Under the pieces are notes generated by a model. The model was given only the letters and a program-made list of their open reading frames with translations. It had not been told where the DNA came from and searched no databases. The position numbers and the translations under genes are program-made. Shown one piece after another: positions 1-7,400 of a stretch of 18,244 bases of DNA; positions within the stretch are counted from its first letter, which is position 1, and every line of letters begins with the position of its first letter. Location: NCBI GenBank assembly GCA_046583315.1, contig JAYGCN010000016.1, positions 1 to 18,244 on the forward strand. Direction: 5' to 3'. The stretch is from Candidatus Hydrogenedentota bacterium (lineage in GTDB: Bacteria; Hydrogenedentota; Hydrogenedentia; Hydrogenedentales; GCA-2746185).

Positions 1-2
1 TC

Positions 3-188
3 GGCACCGTCGTACGCGTCACCAATCTAAATAACGGAAAAACCGTCGACGTACGCATCAACGATCGCGGCCCCTTCATCAAAGGCCGCATCATCGATCT
101 CTCCAAAGGCGCCGCCAAAAAAATAAACATGATCAACGACGGTGTCGTGCCCGTCAGACTTCAGGTTCTGAAATACGGATCAACCTAA
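3..188 (+). CDS. rlpA: Septal ring lytic transglycosylase RlpA family protein (DPBB domain), 3' part, truncated by window edge
   Basis: Not in the ORF track. Hand translation of frame 3 gives [61 protein letters not shown], containing the RlpA signature [19 protein letters not shown] at 186-188. Confidence 0.93.
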   Translation, partial: GTVVRVTNLNNGKTVDVRINDRGPFIKGRIIDLSKGAAKKINMINDGVVPVRLQVLKYGST

Positions 189-189
189 G

Positions 190-1755
190 ATGGGCATGCC
201 TGTGCCTTCGACCCCTTCGACCGCAATACGTGACCTCTCCATCGCCATCCCCATCGCCTTCGCACTACGCCTCGCCAACCTCATCCTCACGAATCGTGTC
301 ATCGACATGGCCGACGCCATCCACTACATCAACATGGCCCGCCAGTTCGTCGCAGGAGACGCGCTCAACTTCGACGAAAATCTCCCCGTACTCTACTCAC
401 TCTTCGGCGCGGCATTCTACTGGCTCACCGACGATTGGGAACGCGCCTTCTGGATCGTCTCCCTCATCAGCTCCTCGCTACTGACCATCCCCATCTACTT
501 CATCGCACGCGAACTCCACGGCCCGAAATCAGCCCGCCTCTCCATTGCCTTCATCGGCTGCTGGCCGTGGCTCATCGACTACGCTTGCCGCATCGCACCC
601 GAGGCCCTCGCCGTCACCCTCTGGTTCACCGCCATCTGGTTACTCTACCTCGGCATTCAAGGCAACGCCAAAGCACTGTACATAGCGCCCATCGCCTTCT
701 TCGCGCTACACCTCACACGCCCCGAAGGCACCTTCCTCATGCTCGGCTCACCCGTCGCCGCAGCCGCATGTCTGTGCTACAAAGAATCCGCCGCTCACTG
801 GAAACGCCTAGGCATCTACACAGTCCTAATCGCCTCACTCACCGTCGCCTACGCCCTCACCATGCGCGCCATCATCGGCACACCCACCGTCGCCTATCGT
901 GCCCCCGTATCCACCGATCTGCTCGAATACTTCAACAACGCGGCAGTCCCCCTCGCCGAAACCTTCCTGCGTCTCAACTTTGACGTGTTGCCCGTCATGC
1001 TCGGCCCCTTGCTCCTGATTTTTTTCGGCATCGGGTTCTTTCGCTACAGCGACACCGCACGCGTACCCCGCCTCGAAGCCCTACTATTGGCATTCTGTCT
1101 CCTGCAGTGGGCCATGACCGTGGTAAACCTGACCCCCGCGCCGCGCTACATCATGACCGTCATCATCGCGATGTCCCTGTGGTCCGTCAAAGGAATCGAG
1201 CTGCTTCATGATCGTGCGAAATATTTCCCGAAATACCGCTGGCTCCGTGTCGTACCCGCGACGCTTGTATTTCTAACCTTCGGCATTGGACTCGCCGAAC
1301 CCCTCGCCGCACAATACTACGGCAACATGCCCCGCATCGCCCTCGAATATAAAGTCGCCGGTCGATGGATGGAAGACCACCTCGAACCCGGATTCATCCT
1401 GTGCCGCAAACCCCAAGTCGGGTTCTACGCAAACATGGCTTCCATCGGCCCAGACACAACGCACACACCCGATACCTTATCCGAACTCGCCAAAGAAATC
1501 GGTGCACGCTACCTCGTCTTCGACGCCCGACATTCCGAAAACATACTACCTGCCCTGTCCTTGCTTCTCGACGAAAACTTCAGCCACCCCCACTACAAAT
1601 TACTCAACGACACCACTAGCGACCGCGAAGATACCCGCGTCGTCATCTACCAATTCATCACACCCGGCATCGAATACATGACCCCGGACGAATACCCCCA
1701 AATGTCTTCCCACTACCGTCCCGGCCAACAACGCCGCAGAACCGACACGCCCTAA
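190..1755 (+). CDS. GT-C fold integral membrane glycosyltransferase (ArnT/PMT_2, GT39/GT83-like)
   Basis: 521 aa with many hydrophobic segments. An early loop motif DAIHYINMA, then ENLPVLYSL, PEALAV, LTRPEG, PRY and a soluble C-terminal domain, which is the typical ArnT/PMT-like layout. Starts 1 nt after the rlpA stop. Confidence 0.8.
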   Translation: MGMPVPSTPSTAIRDLSIAIPIAFALRLANLILTNRVIDMADAIHYINMARQFVAGDALNFDENLPVLYSLFGAAFYWLTDDWERAFWIVSLISSSLLTIPIYFIARELHGPKSARLSIAFIGCWPWLIDYACRIAPEALAVTLWFTAIWLLYLGIQGNAKALYIAPIAFFALHLTRPEGTFLMLGSPVAAAACLCYKESAAHWKRLGIYTVLIASLTVAYALTMRAIIGTPTVAYRAPVSTDLLEYFNNAAVPLAETFLRLNFDVLPVMLGPLLLIFFGIGFFRYSDTARVPRLEALLLAFCLLQWAMTVVNLTPAPRYIMTVIIAMSLWSVKGIELLHDRAKYFPKYRWLRVVPATLVFLTFGIGLAEPLAAQYYGNMPRIALEYKVAGRWMEDHLEPGFILCRKPQVGFYANMASIGPDTTHTPDTLSELAKEIGARYLVFDARHSENILPALSLLLDENFSHPHYKLLNDTTSDREDTRVVIYQFITPGIEYMTPDEYPQMSSHYRPGQQRRRTDTP

Positions 1756-1767
1756 GCAACCCTCCCC

Positions 1768-2607
1768 ATGAAAACACTCATGATTCACACCGGAGGCATC
1801 GGCGATTTAATACTGACCTGTCCCGCAGTCGAGCGGTTGTCCAGGCACGGCCCTGTCACCCTCGCAGGCCATCCCGACCGACTCCAACTCGCTGTCACTG
1901 GTGGCATCGCTACCAAGGCCATATCTCTAGATAGCATACGATTCGACTCACTCTTCAGCACGCCACACGCGATCCTGGCCGATGCAGTAGTATCCTGTAA
2001 CCGTATCATCATCTGGATGAACGACGACAATCAACATATCGCGTCCACCCTCAAAACCATCACAAACGCCGACATCCAACTCTTTCCCGGACTCCCCCCC
2101 GAAAACTGGACACGTCACGCCAGCGAGTACTACCTTGAATGCCTTGGGCTCACTCAATCTTCGCCCTTCCAGCTCGCGATCAATCCATCGGTCACCCGGC
2201 ACGACATCATCATTCACCCCGGCAGCGGAAGTCCCTACAAAAACTGGCCCATCGAAAATTTCATTACCCTTGCCGAACGACTTCAAGACAAGGGCCACTC
2301 CGTCATCTGGAGTGTAGGCCCCGCCGAACAAGAACGACTCAATCACGACCCACCCGGTCCCACACTTCAATGCGATTCCTTAACCGATCTCGCCGCACAC
2401 GTCGCCGCAGCCAAACTCTACATCGGAAACGATTCAGGCATCTCGCATCTCGCCGCCGCAGTCGGCACACCCACCGTAGCCTTCTTCGGCCCCACCGATC
2501 CCGCCATCTGGGCACCCCGCGGAAAATGCGTGATCGTATTACGAACTGATCCACCATGGCCTACGGCTAACGACGCGCTAAATGCATGTAATGAGTTTCT
2601 CACCTAA
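1768..2607 (+). CDS. Glycosyltransferase family 9 (ADP-heptose:LPS heptosyltransferase-like)
   Basis: GT9 motifs GGIGDLIL, IIIHPGSGSPYKNWP and YIGNDSGISHLAAAVGTPTVAFFGPT. Confidence 0.9.
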   Translation: MKTLMIHTGGIGDLILTCPAVERLSRHGPVTLAGHPDRLQLAVTGGIATKAISLDSIRFDSLFSTPHAILADAVVSCNRIIIWMNDDNQHIASTLKTITNADIQLFPGLPPENWTRHASEYYLECLGLTQSSPFQLAINPSVTRHDIIIHPGSGSPYKNWPIENFITLAERLQDKGHSVIWSVGPAEQERLNHDPPGPTLQCDSLTDLAAHVAAAKLYIGNDSGISHLAAAVGTPTVAFFGPTDPAIWAPRGKCVIVLRTDPPWPTANDALNACNEFLT

Positions 2608-2609
2608 CC

Positions 2610-2653
2610 AAAAAAAGCCCTGGCAATCTCATTTCGAGACAACCGGGGCTTTC
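2610..2653 (-). terminator. Intrinsic terminator downstream of tRNA-Glu, probably bidirectional
   Basis: Minus strand reads AAAGCCCCGG-TTGTCTCGAAATGAGATTG-CCAGGGC-TTTTTTT: a GC stem with an inner hairpin and a 7-T tail, lying between the convergent GT9 gene and tRNA. Confidence 0.8.
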
Positions 2654-2662
2654 TATAATAAA

Positions 2663-2740
2663 TGGCATCCCCAAGGGGATTTGAACCCCTGTTGCCGCCG
2701 TGAAAGGGCGGTGTCCTAGACCAAGCTAGACGATGGGGAC
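2663..2740 (-). tRNA. tRNA-Glu (anticodon TTC), CCA encoded
   Basis: Reverse complement is GTCCCCATCGTCTAGCTTGGTCTAGGACACCGCCCTTTCACGGCGGCAACAGGGGTTCAAATCCCCTTGGGGATGCCA. It has an acceptor stem, anticodon arm CCGCC-CT-TTC-AC-GGCGG, T arm AGGGG-TTCAAAT-CCCCT and a 3' CCA. Confidence 0.97.
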
Positions 2741-2758
2741 GCAAGAAAAAACGCGCCA

Positions 2759-2863
2759 AGCATAACAAATCCCACGCCGAAGTGACCCTGGCATGGGAAG
2801 TTCCAGACAGGGAGACCCCTGCAAAGTCCGCAAAATATACCAAATAACGGACCCTGAAATCAA
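2759..2863 (-). promoter_or_regulatory. Tandem sigma70-type promoters for tRNA-Glu
   Basis: Minus strand distal promoter: TTGATT (2863-2858), 18 bp, TATATT (2839-2834) preceded by TGn. Proximal promoter: extended -10 TGT-TATGCT (2764-2759) followed by a GC-rich TGGCGCG discriminator typical of stable-RNA promoters. Confidence 0.5.
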
Positions 2864-2922
2864 TAAAATATCGATCTCACTGTTGCAGCGCTTCGGTGCA
2901 TCACCCCAAGTCCCCGCGAATA

Positions 2923-2951
2923 TTGCCAATTTCGGCACCCATCGGTATGAT
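2923..2951 (+). promoter_or_regulatory. sigma70-type promoter of the Dabb gene
   Basis: TTGCCA-17 bp-TATGAT, followed by an AAAGGA RBS before the ATG at 2984. Confidence 0.6.
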
Positions 2952-2983
2952 TGCGCAAAAAATAAACCATACAAAGGATCATC

Positions 2984-3283
2984 ATGCTCATACACAACGT
3001 TCTCTTCTGGCTGCGCGACGACCTCACCAACGACGAACGCGCCGCCTTTCACGCAGGTGTCGAAACCCTCGCCTCCATCCACGCCGCACACGCCGTATAC
3101 ATCGGCACCCCCGCTGCAACCCCAAAACGCCCCGTCATCGACGATTCCTACGATGTCGCGCTCACTGTGTTGCTGGACACGCTCGAAGCCCACGATACCT
3201 ACCAGGACGACCCGATACACCGGAGATTCGTCAAAGAGTGTGCAAGCTGCTGGACCAAAGTCGCCATCATCGATGCCGATTGA
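2984..3283 (+). CDS. Dabb family (stress-responsive alpha/beta barrel) protein
   Basis: 99 aa with HNVLFWL, SYDVALTV and HDTYQDDPIHRRFV, which match Dabb-family motifs. RBS present. Confidence 0.88.
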   Translation: MLIHNVLFWLRDDLTNDERAAFHAGVETLASIHAAHAVYIGTPAATPKRPVIDDSYDVALTVLLDTLEAHDTYQDDPIHRRFVKECASCWTKVAIIDAD

Positions 3284-3292
3284 GCGAGAAAC

Positions 3293-3338
3293 AAAAAAAT
3301 CACCCGGCGAACCATCTTTCGATAGAATCGCCGGGTGA
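3293..3338 (-). terminator. Intrinsic terminator of the pilin operon, probably also ending the Dabb transcript
   Basis: Perfect 11-bp inverted repeat TCACCCGGCGA (3300-3310) / TCGCCGGGTGA (3328-3338), followed on the minus strand by 7 T. Confidence 0.82.
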
Positions 3339-3363
3339 CAAGAGGTTATTTACTTACCTTCCC

Positions 3364-5166
3364 CTAGAGAAGTACTCCCGTTTCGAACCAGACAAGACCG
3401 CTATTCTCACCACAATCTGGGCAGATGATAAATTCACTTGGACCACCAATCATTCTTCCCAATGCGGTCCACGCGTCATCCAACAACGGCACCTGATATA
3501 TACTTGGAACCTGACCTCCGAGATCATAAAAATTACCCACAATCGTCCCGGCAAACTTTGTTTGTTTGTTCATCGAAATTGTTTCCTGGGCGTAGAACCC
3601 GCCCAGGAATTCCAACTGAGCGCTACCACCAATGGCTAAATCAACCTCCGCCATCAACCCGAGTTGATTTCCCAGAGGAAAATCGGTTGTATACAGGTTT
3701 GTGCTCAGAAACACTTCACCGCCGCCGCTCCCGCCGTCGTAAGCCAACATTGTACCTTGGCCTTCATAGTTCACCGTACGATTGCTGAAACCATTACCAG
3801 CCACAATCTCAATGTCACCGTCCACAGCTATGCGCCCATTTATGACAAGTAGTTCGTTGTCCGCGTCAAACCATATGACAAAATCGCCAGCAGCGATCGC
3901 AGCATCCACTTCGGCTCTGGTAGGCATGTAGTCTCCCCCAGAAGTTGTGCCCACCGGAACGCCAACGGTACCCGTCCCGCCACCAGTAGTTGAATTGTAG
4001 TAAAAATTGGTTGAATCATCATTGGGCTTAAGCGTTATCGTGCCAACGTAGGGTGTCTGACCTTCGAGATAATAGCTTTCGGGCTCGCCATCTGCTGCCG
4101 CATTCGGATTAAAATAGCGCTGACCCGTCGCTTCGTTTATCACCTCCATGAACAGAGGATAACCGCGGTTCTCGTTATTTGCATAGTCGCCATAACCTTT
4201 GTTGAAACCGTTTGCACTGTTCACTGTTCCATCATTCGGGATTCCATTGATTGAAACCCGGTTCCCGTCCCAGTTGTTGTTGGCGAATACGCCTGTCATC
4301 AGTGCTCTGGAATTGGGCGTGCCTAATTCCGAATCACCCACTTCCTGACCAATAAGCGCGGACCCATCGATTAAAACCGTTCCATTTTTAACCCGTAAGA
4401 GGGAATCGATTGTTTCTTCCCCATTCTCATCCAAACGCAGGCCATTGGGCAGGAGATCGGGACCAGTGGACAGATTATCTTCAAGCTCCGGGGGCATACC
4501 GTCGTAATTATTGTAAACACCGCTGCCACCAGCGAGTTCAAGTACAATATCGCCAACTGATAGATCCGATCCCAGAATGTGTATCGATCCGTGAATGCTG
4601 ACGTTACCATTGATTGTTTGTCCACCCTGTCCGGCACCACCGAAAATAGCGACCTCCCAAATACTGTCTCCATTCTCCGGTGCGCCGGTTACATCATACC
4701 GGGTAATGTCCATAACCATACGTGTTGTTGACGGTGTACCATTCAGTACATAACGTCCCATTGCGTAGGTAGCTGTCTGGGCAAAGTCTCCGCCAGGCAA
4801 ATTAAGTGGTTCATTGTAAACCGAATACTGTACATTCCGATTCGAATCAAGCTGAGGATTTGGATTGACAGCAAAAAAAGCGTCCATCGCCTGCGTCATT
4901 TTCCCGTTCATGGTCTCGCCCGCACCCAATGTAAAGTCGAATCCAGCCGGAACGGCTACGTCATCGCTTGTATGTCGCGTACCTTCGTCATAACCCGACA
5001 TCATAGCCAAATACGTGTCTTTATGCTGCTTGTGCAATGCCACATGCTGCGTATGATTGGCGACACGACTCATTGCTGCCGTCGCGAATAAGCCCATGAC
5101 CACAAGGAATATGACCGCAATAATAAGGCCTACTCCATCTTCATTTCTCGTCTTGATTCGTTTCAT
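3364..5166 (-). CDS. Large PilX/GspK-like minor pilin (PilX N-terminal helix plus ~550-aa extracellular region)
   Basis: Start reassigned to ATG 5166 (AGGAGG RBS), giving 600 aa. N-terminus MKRIKTRNEDG|VGLIIAVIFLVVMGLFATAAM is a class III signal lacking Glu5, as in PilX/GspK. Lies downstream of two Glu5 prepilins. The remainder is Gly/Asn/Asp-rich and beta-strand-like. Confidence 0.75.
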   Translation of the reverse strand: MKRIKTRNEDGVGLIIAVIFLVVMGLFATAAMSRVANHTQHVALHKQHKDTYLAMMSGYDEGTRHTSDDVAVPAGFDFTLGAGETMNGKMTQAMDAFFAVNPNPQLDSNRNVQYSVYNEPLNLPGGDFAQTATYAMGRYVLNGTPSTTRMVMDITRYDVTGAPENGDSIWEVAIFGGAGQGGQTINGNVSIHGSIHILGSDLSVGDIVLELAGGSGVYNNYDGMPPELEDNLSTGPDLLPNGLRLDENGEETIDSLLRVKNGTVLIDGSALIGQEVGDSELGTPNSRALMTGVFANNNWDGNRVSINGIPNDGTVNSANGFNKGYGDYANNENRGYPLFMEVINEATGQRYFNPNAAADGEPESYYLEGQTPYVGTITLKPNDDSTNFYYNSTTGGGTGTVGVPVGTTSGGDYMPTRAEVDAAIAAGDFVIWFDADNELLVINGRIAVDGDIEIVAGNGFSNRTVNYEGQGTMLAYDGGSGGGEVFLSTNLYTTDFPLGNQLGLMAEVDLAIGGSAQLEFLGGFYAQETISMNKQTKFAGTIVGNFYDLGGQVPSIYQVPLLDDAWTALGRMIGGPSEFIICPDCGENSGLVWFETGVLL

Positions 5167-5231
5167 GGTTAAAACCTCCTTAAAATACCAAACGCCCAAC
5201 TACTAAGGGCGAATGTCCCAGTGCAACCTTT

Positions 5232-5963
5232 CTAATTCTCCACATCCACATAATCATCATAACGCGTCACAATCCAAGGCATTCCTGGCCCAAGACTACG
5301 ACGCTGAATTATCGATATCCAGATAACCGAATCATCCTCAGAAACACTACCCGCACGAAATTCGACACCAAACGGACGGTCAACCAATGTGGGATCCGCA
5401 GAGGGTGTGACATCATAAATGGTGGCATTCCCACTATCAAAATCCGATATATTAGATGCCAACAATCGAACGAACCTTTGATCACCCACCGGCCCATTCA
5501 ATTGCACCAATTGCAAAAAATCATTATCCCCGTTCGCATCCGTCACATCCAATTGATAGGTAACCAATTCGGACCAGTTGATCTCATGCGAACCCGCCAC
5601 AAAAGGCATTCCATCCGCTTCCGCCACAGGACGTATAAACGAGATACTGCTGACCGGGTCAGACCATAAATCAGTGACATCTGACGGTGGCGGCCATGCT
5701 GTTCCATTGTCGTATTGAATTGTCGTCGGCGCATTTTCATTATTGAAGCCCGCCATGCGCAGATTCGACGTCATGTGCTGCAGGGCCTGACGAGATTCAT
5801 CGCGCATCTTCACCTTGGCATCAACCAACCGCGTAGCCCGGATCATCGACATCCAAATGGCAAACAAGATCAGCATCAGAATCGCCAGAATCGCCATCAC
5901 GATCATCAACTCGACCAGCGTAAAACCACGCCGGGATTCTCGCTTTTTCATTCCAAATGTCAT
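5232..5963 (-). CDS. Prepilin-type N-terminal cleavage/methylation protein, PilW/GspJ-like
   Basis: KKRESRRG|FTLVELMIVMAILAILMLIL with Glu5. Likely start ATG 5963, 1 nt after the upstream TAG (alternatives 5978 and 5951). Contains a DANGDND acidic loop. Confidence 0.85.
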   Translation of the reverse strand: MTFGMKKRESRRGFTLVELMIVMAILAILMLILFAIWMSMIRATRLVDAKVKMRDESRQALQHMTSNLRMAGFNNENAPTTIQYDNGTAWPPPSDVTDLWSDPVSSISFIRPVAEADGMPFVAGSHEINWSELVTYQLDVTDANGDNDFLQLVQLNGPVGDQRFVRLLASNISDFDSGNATIYDVTPSADPTLVDRPFGVEFRAGSVSEDDSVIWISIIQRRSLGPGMPWIVTRYDDYVDVEN

Positions 5964-5964
5964 A

Positions 5965-6432
5965 CTAAAGAACCCCATCGTCGTGATGTGTAATCATTCG
6001 AGAGGTCGTATAGGACAGTCGACGACCCGCTGGCCCCAGTACAATAATGTTCACCTCAACTTCTGCCACATCTATGTCTTCAACACCTGTAAGGCGCATC
6101 GAAACCGTCGATTCAGCGTCAAGGCCTGGTATCTGGCCATCAACCGGAGCATCAAAAAAATTCACGCCTCCATATACACGCGAATCATTTTCCTCGATGT
6201 TATCTGGATCAGCGTCCATCGTCAAATGAATTTGAAGATCATCCAGCAAAAAATTCATGTGGTTCGTCGTGATGGACTCTAGGTCAGCAAATTTCTGCTG
6301 CCGCGCCATCGAGGTTACGCTCGCTAGGATGGCGACCAGACCGATCGTGAAGATCACAACGGTGATCATCATCTCGACTAGCGTGAAGCCGGACTTCGAA
6401 CTCATTTTCCCTTCGTGTTGGATAGCTTCCAT
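5965..6432 (-). CDS. Prepilin-type N-terminal cleavage/methylation protein, PilV/GspI-like
   Basis: SSKSG|FTLVEMMITVVIFTIGLVAIL with Glu5. Start uncertain (6447, 6432 or 6405); 6432 has a GAGGA RBS. Confidence 0.85.
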   Translation of the reverse strand: MEAIQHEGKMSSKSGFTLVEMMITVVIFTIGLVAILASVTSMARQQKFADLESITTNHMNFLLDDLQIHLTMDADPDNIEENDSRVYGGVNFFDAPVDGQIPGLDAESTVSMRLTGVEDIDVAEVEVNIIVLGPAGRRLSYTTSRMITHHDDGVL

Positions 6433-6693
6433 GCCGCGCATCCTCATCTACAATTACTCTTGACAAAATTTCGATCATTCAGTCTATAATCAGCCCCACA
6501 CAATCTCGAATATCGGGGAACAACCCCCTTAACCATAAGATTATACACCAAAATACAAATTTTGTGATCGTACCCCTAAAAAATATTACTTTTTGGGTGT
6601 ATATATAAAATAATTCTCATTTTAAGCTGTATATTTGTTAATATCGCTATAGCTATTCTTGGTAAAGAATACCATACTCCCCTGAACCCGACC

Positions 6694-7077
6694 CTAACGC
6701 AGATGGCTCTTTAACTTGAGCAACAGCGAATTCGCGCGCTTCTGATCACCACTCGCGCCCACACGAATCTTCACCTCGGTGGTTTCACGCTCCACGGCTA
6801 CGATAGAGATCCAGACATTTTTCCCGTCCGGATACTCCGATCGGACTGACCCCTTATAAGGATCGTGCTTCTCGGACAGAATGGGCAAGCCCTCTTCACC
6901 CACCGCCTTCATCGCGGCCTCATGCACGTCTAGCGCGGAATAATAGAGGGTATCCGTGAGATTTCCCTTGTAATAGACGACACCACCCGCACCAGCACCC
7001 GCGCCCAACGCCAAGAGGCATCCCGAAAAACAAATCATACACGCAGACAATGCGATCATATATCTTGATTTTGACAC
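6694..7077 (-). CDS. DUF3568-type lipoprotein
   Basis: Likely GTG start at 7077 with a GGGGAG RBS (127 aa). Lipobox FSG|C followed by LLALGAGAGAGGVVYYKG and a C-terminal TEVKIRVG..GD, the pattern I recognise for DUF3568. Confidence 0.72.
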   Translation of the reverse strand: MSKSRYMIALSACMICFSGCLLALGAGAGAGGVVYYKGNLTDTLYYSALDVHEAAMKAVGEEGLPILSEKHDPYKGSVRSEYPDGKNVWISIVAVERETTEVKIRVGASGDQKRANSLLLKLKSHLR

Positions 7078-7300
7078 GATATCTGTTCTCCCCCAGTCAA
7101 TTTCCACAATGCTAGAGTACTGCAAACGAGCCGAATATTTCAATATCAGACATTAAGAAAATCGTCCTCTAAAATTGCTTAAGATAATTTCCATTAATCT
7201 GGAAAATTTGACGCGAACTGTCAAGAAATATTCATAATCGACTCTAATTCGATAAAAATAATCCCCACCATTTTCCGGAACAGGTGTATACTTTTTATCG

Positions 7301-7400
7301 AGGTCAGGCTCGCGACGTTCGCAACAGGCTCCTGCCTGAAGAGACTTGCGCTGTGACTTGCATTACAGCTTCCAGCCCCACTGCCGGTCGAGCCTGGCCT
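7301..7400 (+). ncRNA. Candidate ~100-nt structured non-coding RNA, family not recognised
   Basis: 12-bp closing helix AGGTCAGGCTCG/CGAGCCTGGCCT encloses helices CGCAA/TTGCG, CAGGC/GCCTG and (G)CTGTGA/TTACAG(C). Wobble pairs are G-U only on the + strand. TATACT lies at 7287-7292, just upstream. Confidence 0.4.

Noticed and set aside
2663..2740. tRNA-Glu as an integration site for a genomic island
   Set aside because: The 3' end runs straight into a terminator and an envelope operon. There is no integrase, and I saw no duplicated tRNA 3' end in the window.
2667..2740. G1-U72 wobble pair in the tRNA acceptor stem
   Set aside because: G1-U72 occurs in normal tRNA-Glu of other lineages, so it is not evidence of a pseudogene or novelty.
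2726..3639. ORFs 2726..3220, 2793..3338 and 2896..3639
   Set aside because: Shadow frames overlapping the Dabb gene, promoters, a terminator and pilX. They show biased composition and no recognisable motifs.
7336..7343. CTGAAGAG resembling the hammerhead core CUGANGA
   Set aside because: No downstream stem II followed by GAAA, so the catalytic core cannot be completed.
7301..7400. Simple terminator of the dienelactone hydrolase gene
   Set aside because: On the minus strand the helices contain A-C mismatches, the loop would be about 76 nt, and the stem is followed by CGATAAAAAG rather than a U tract.
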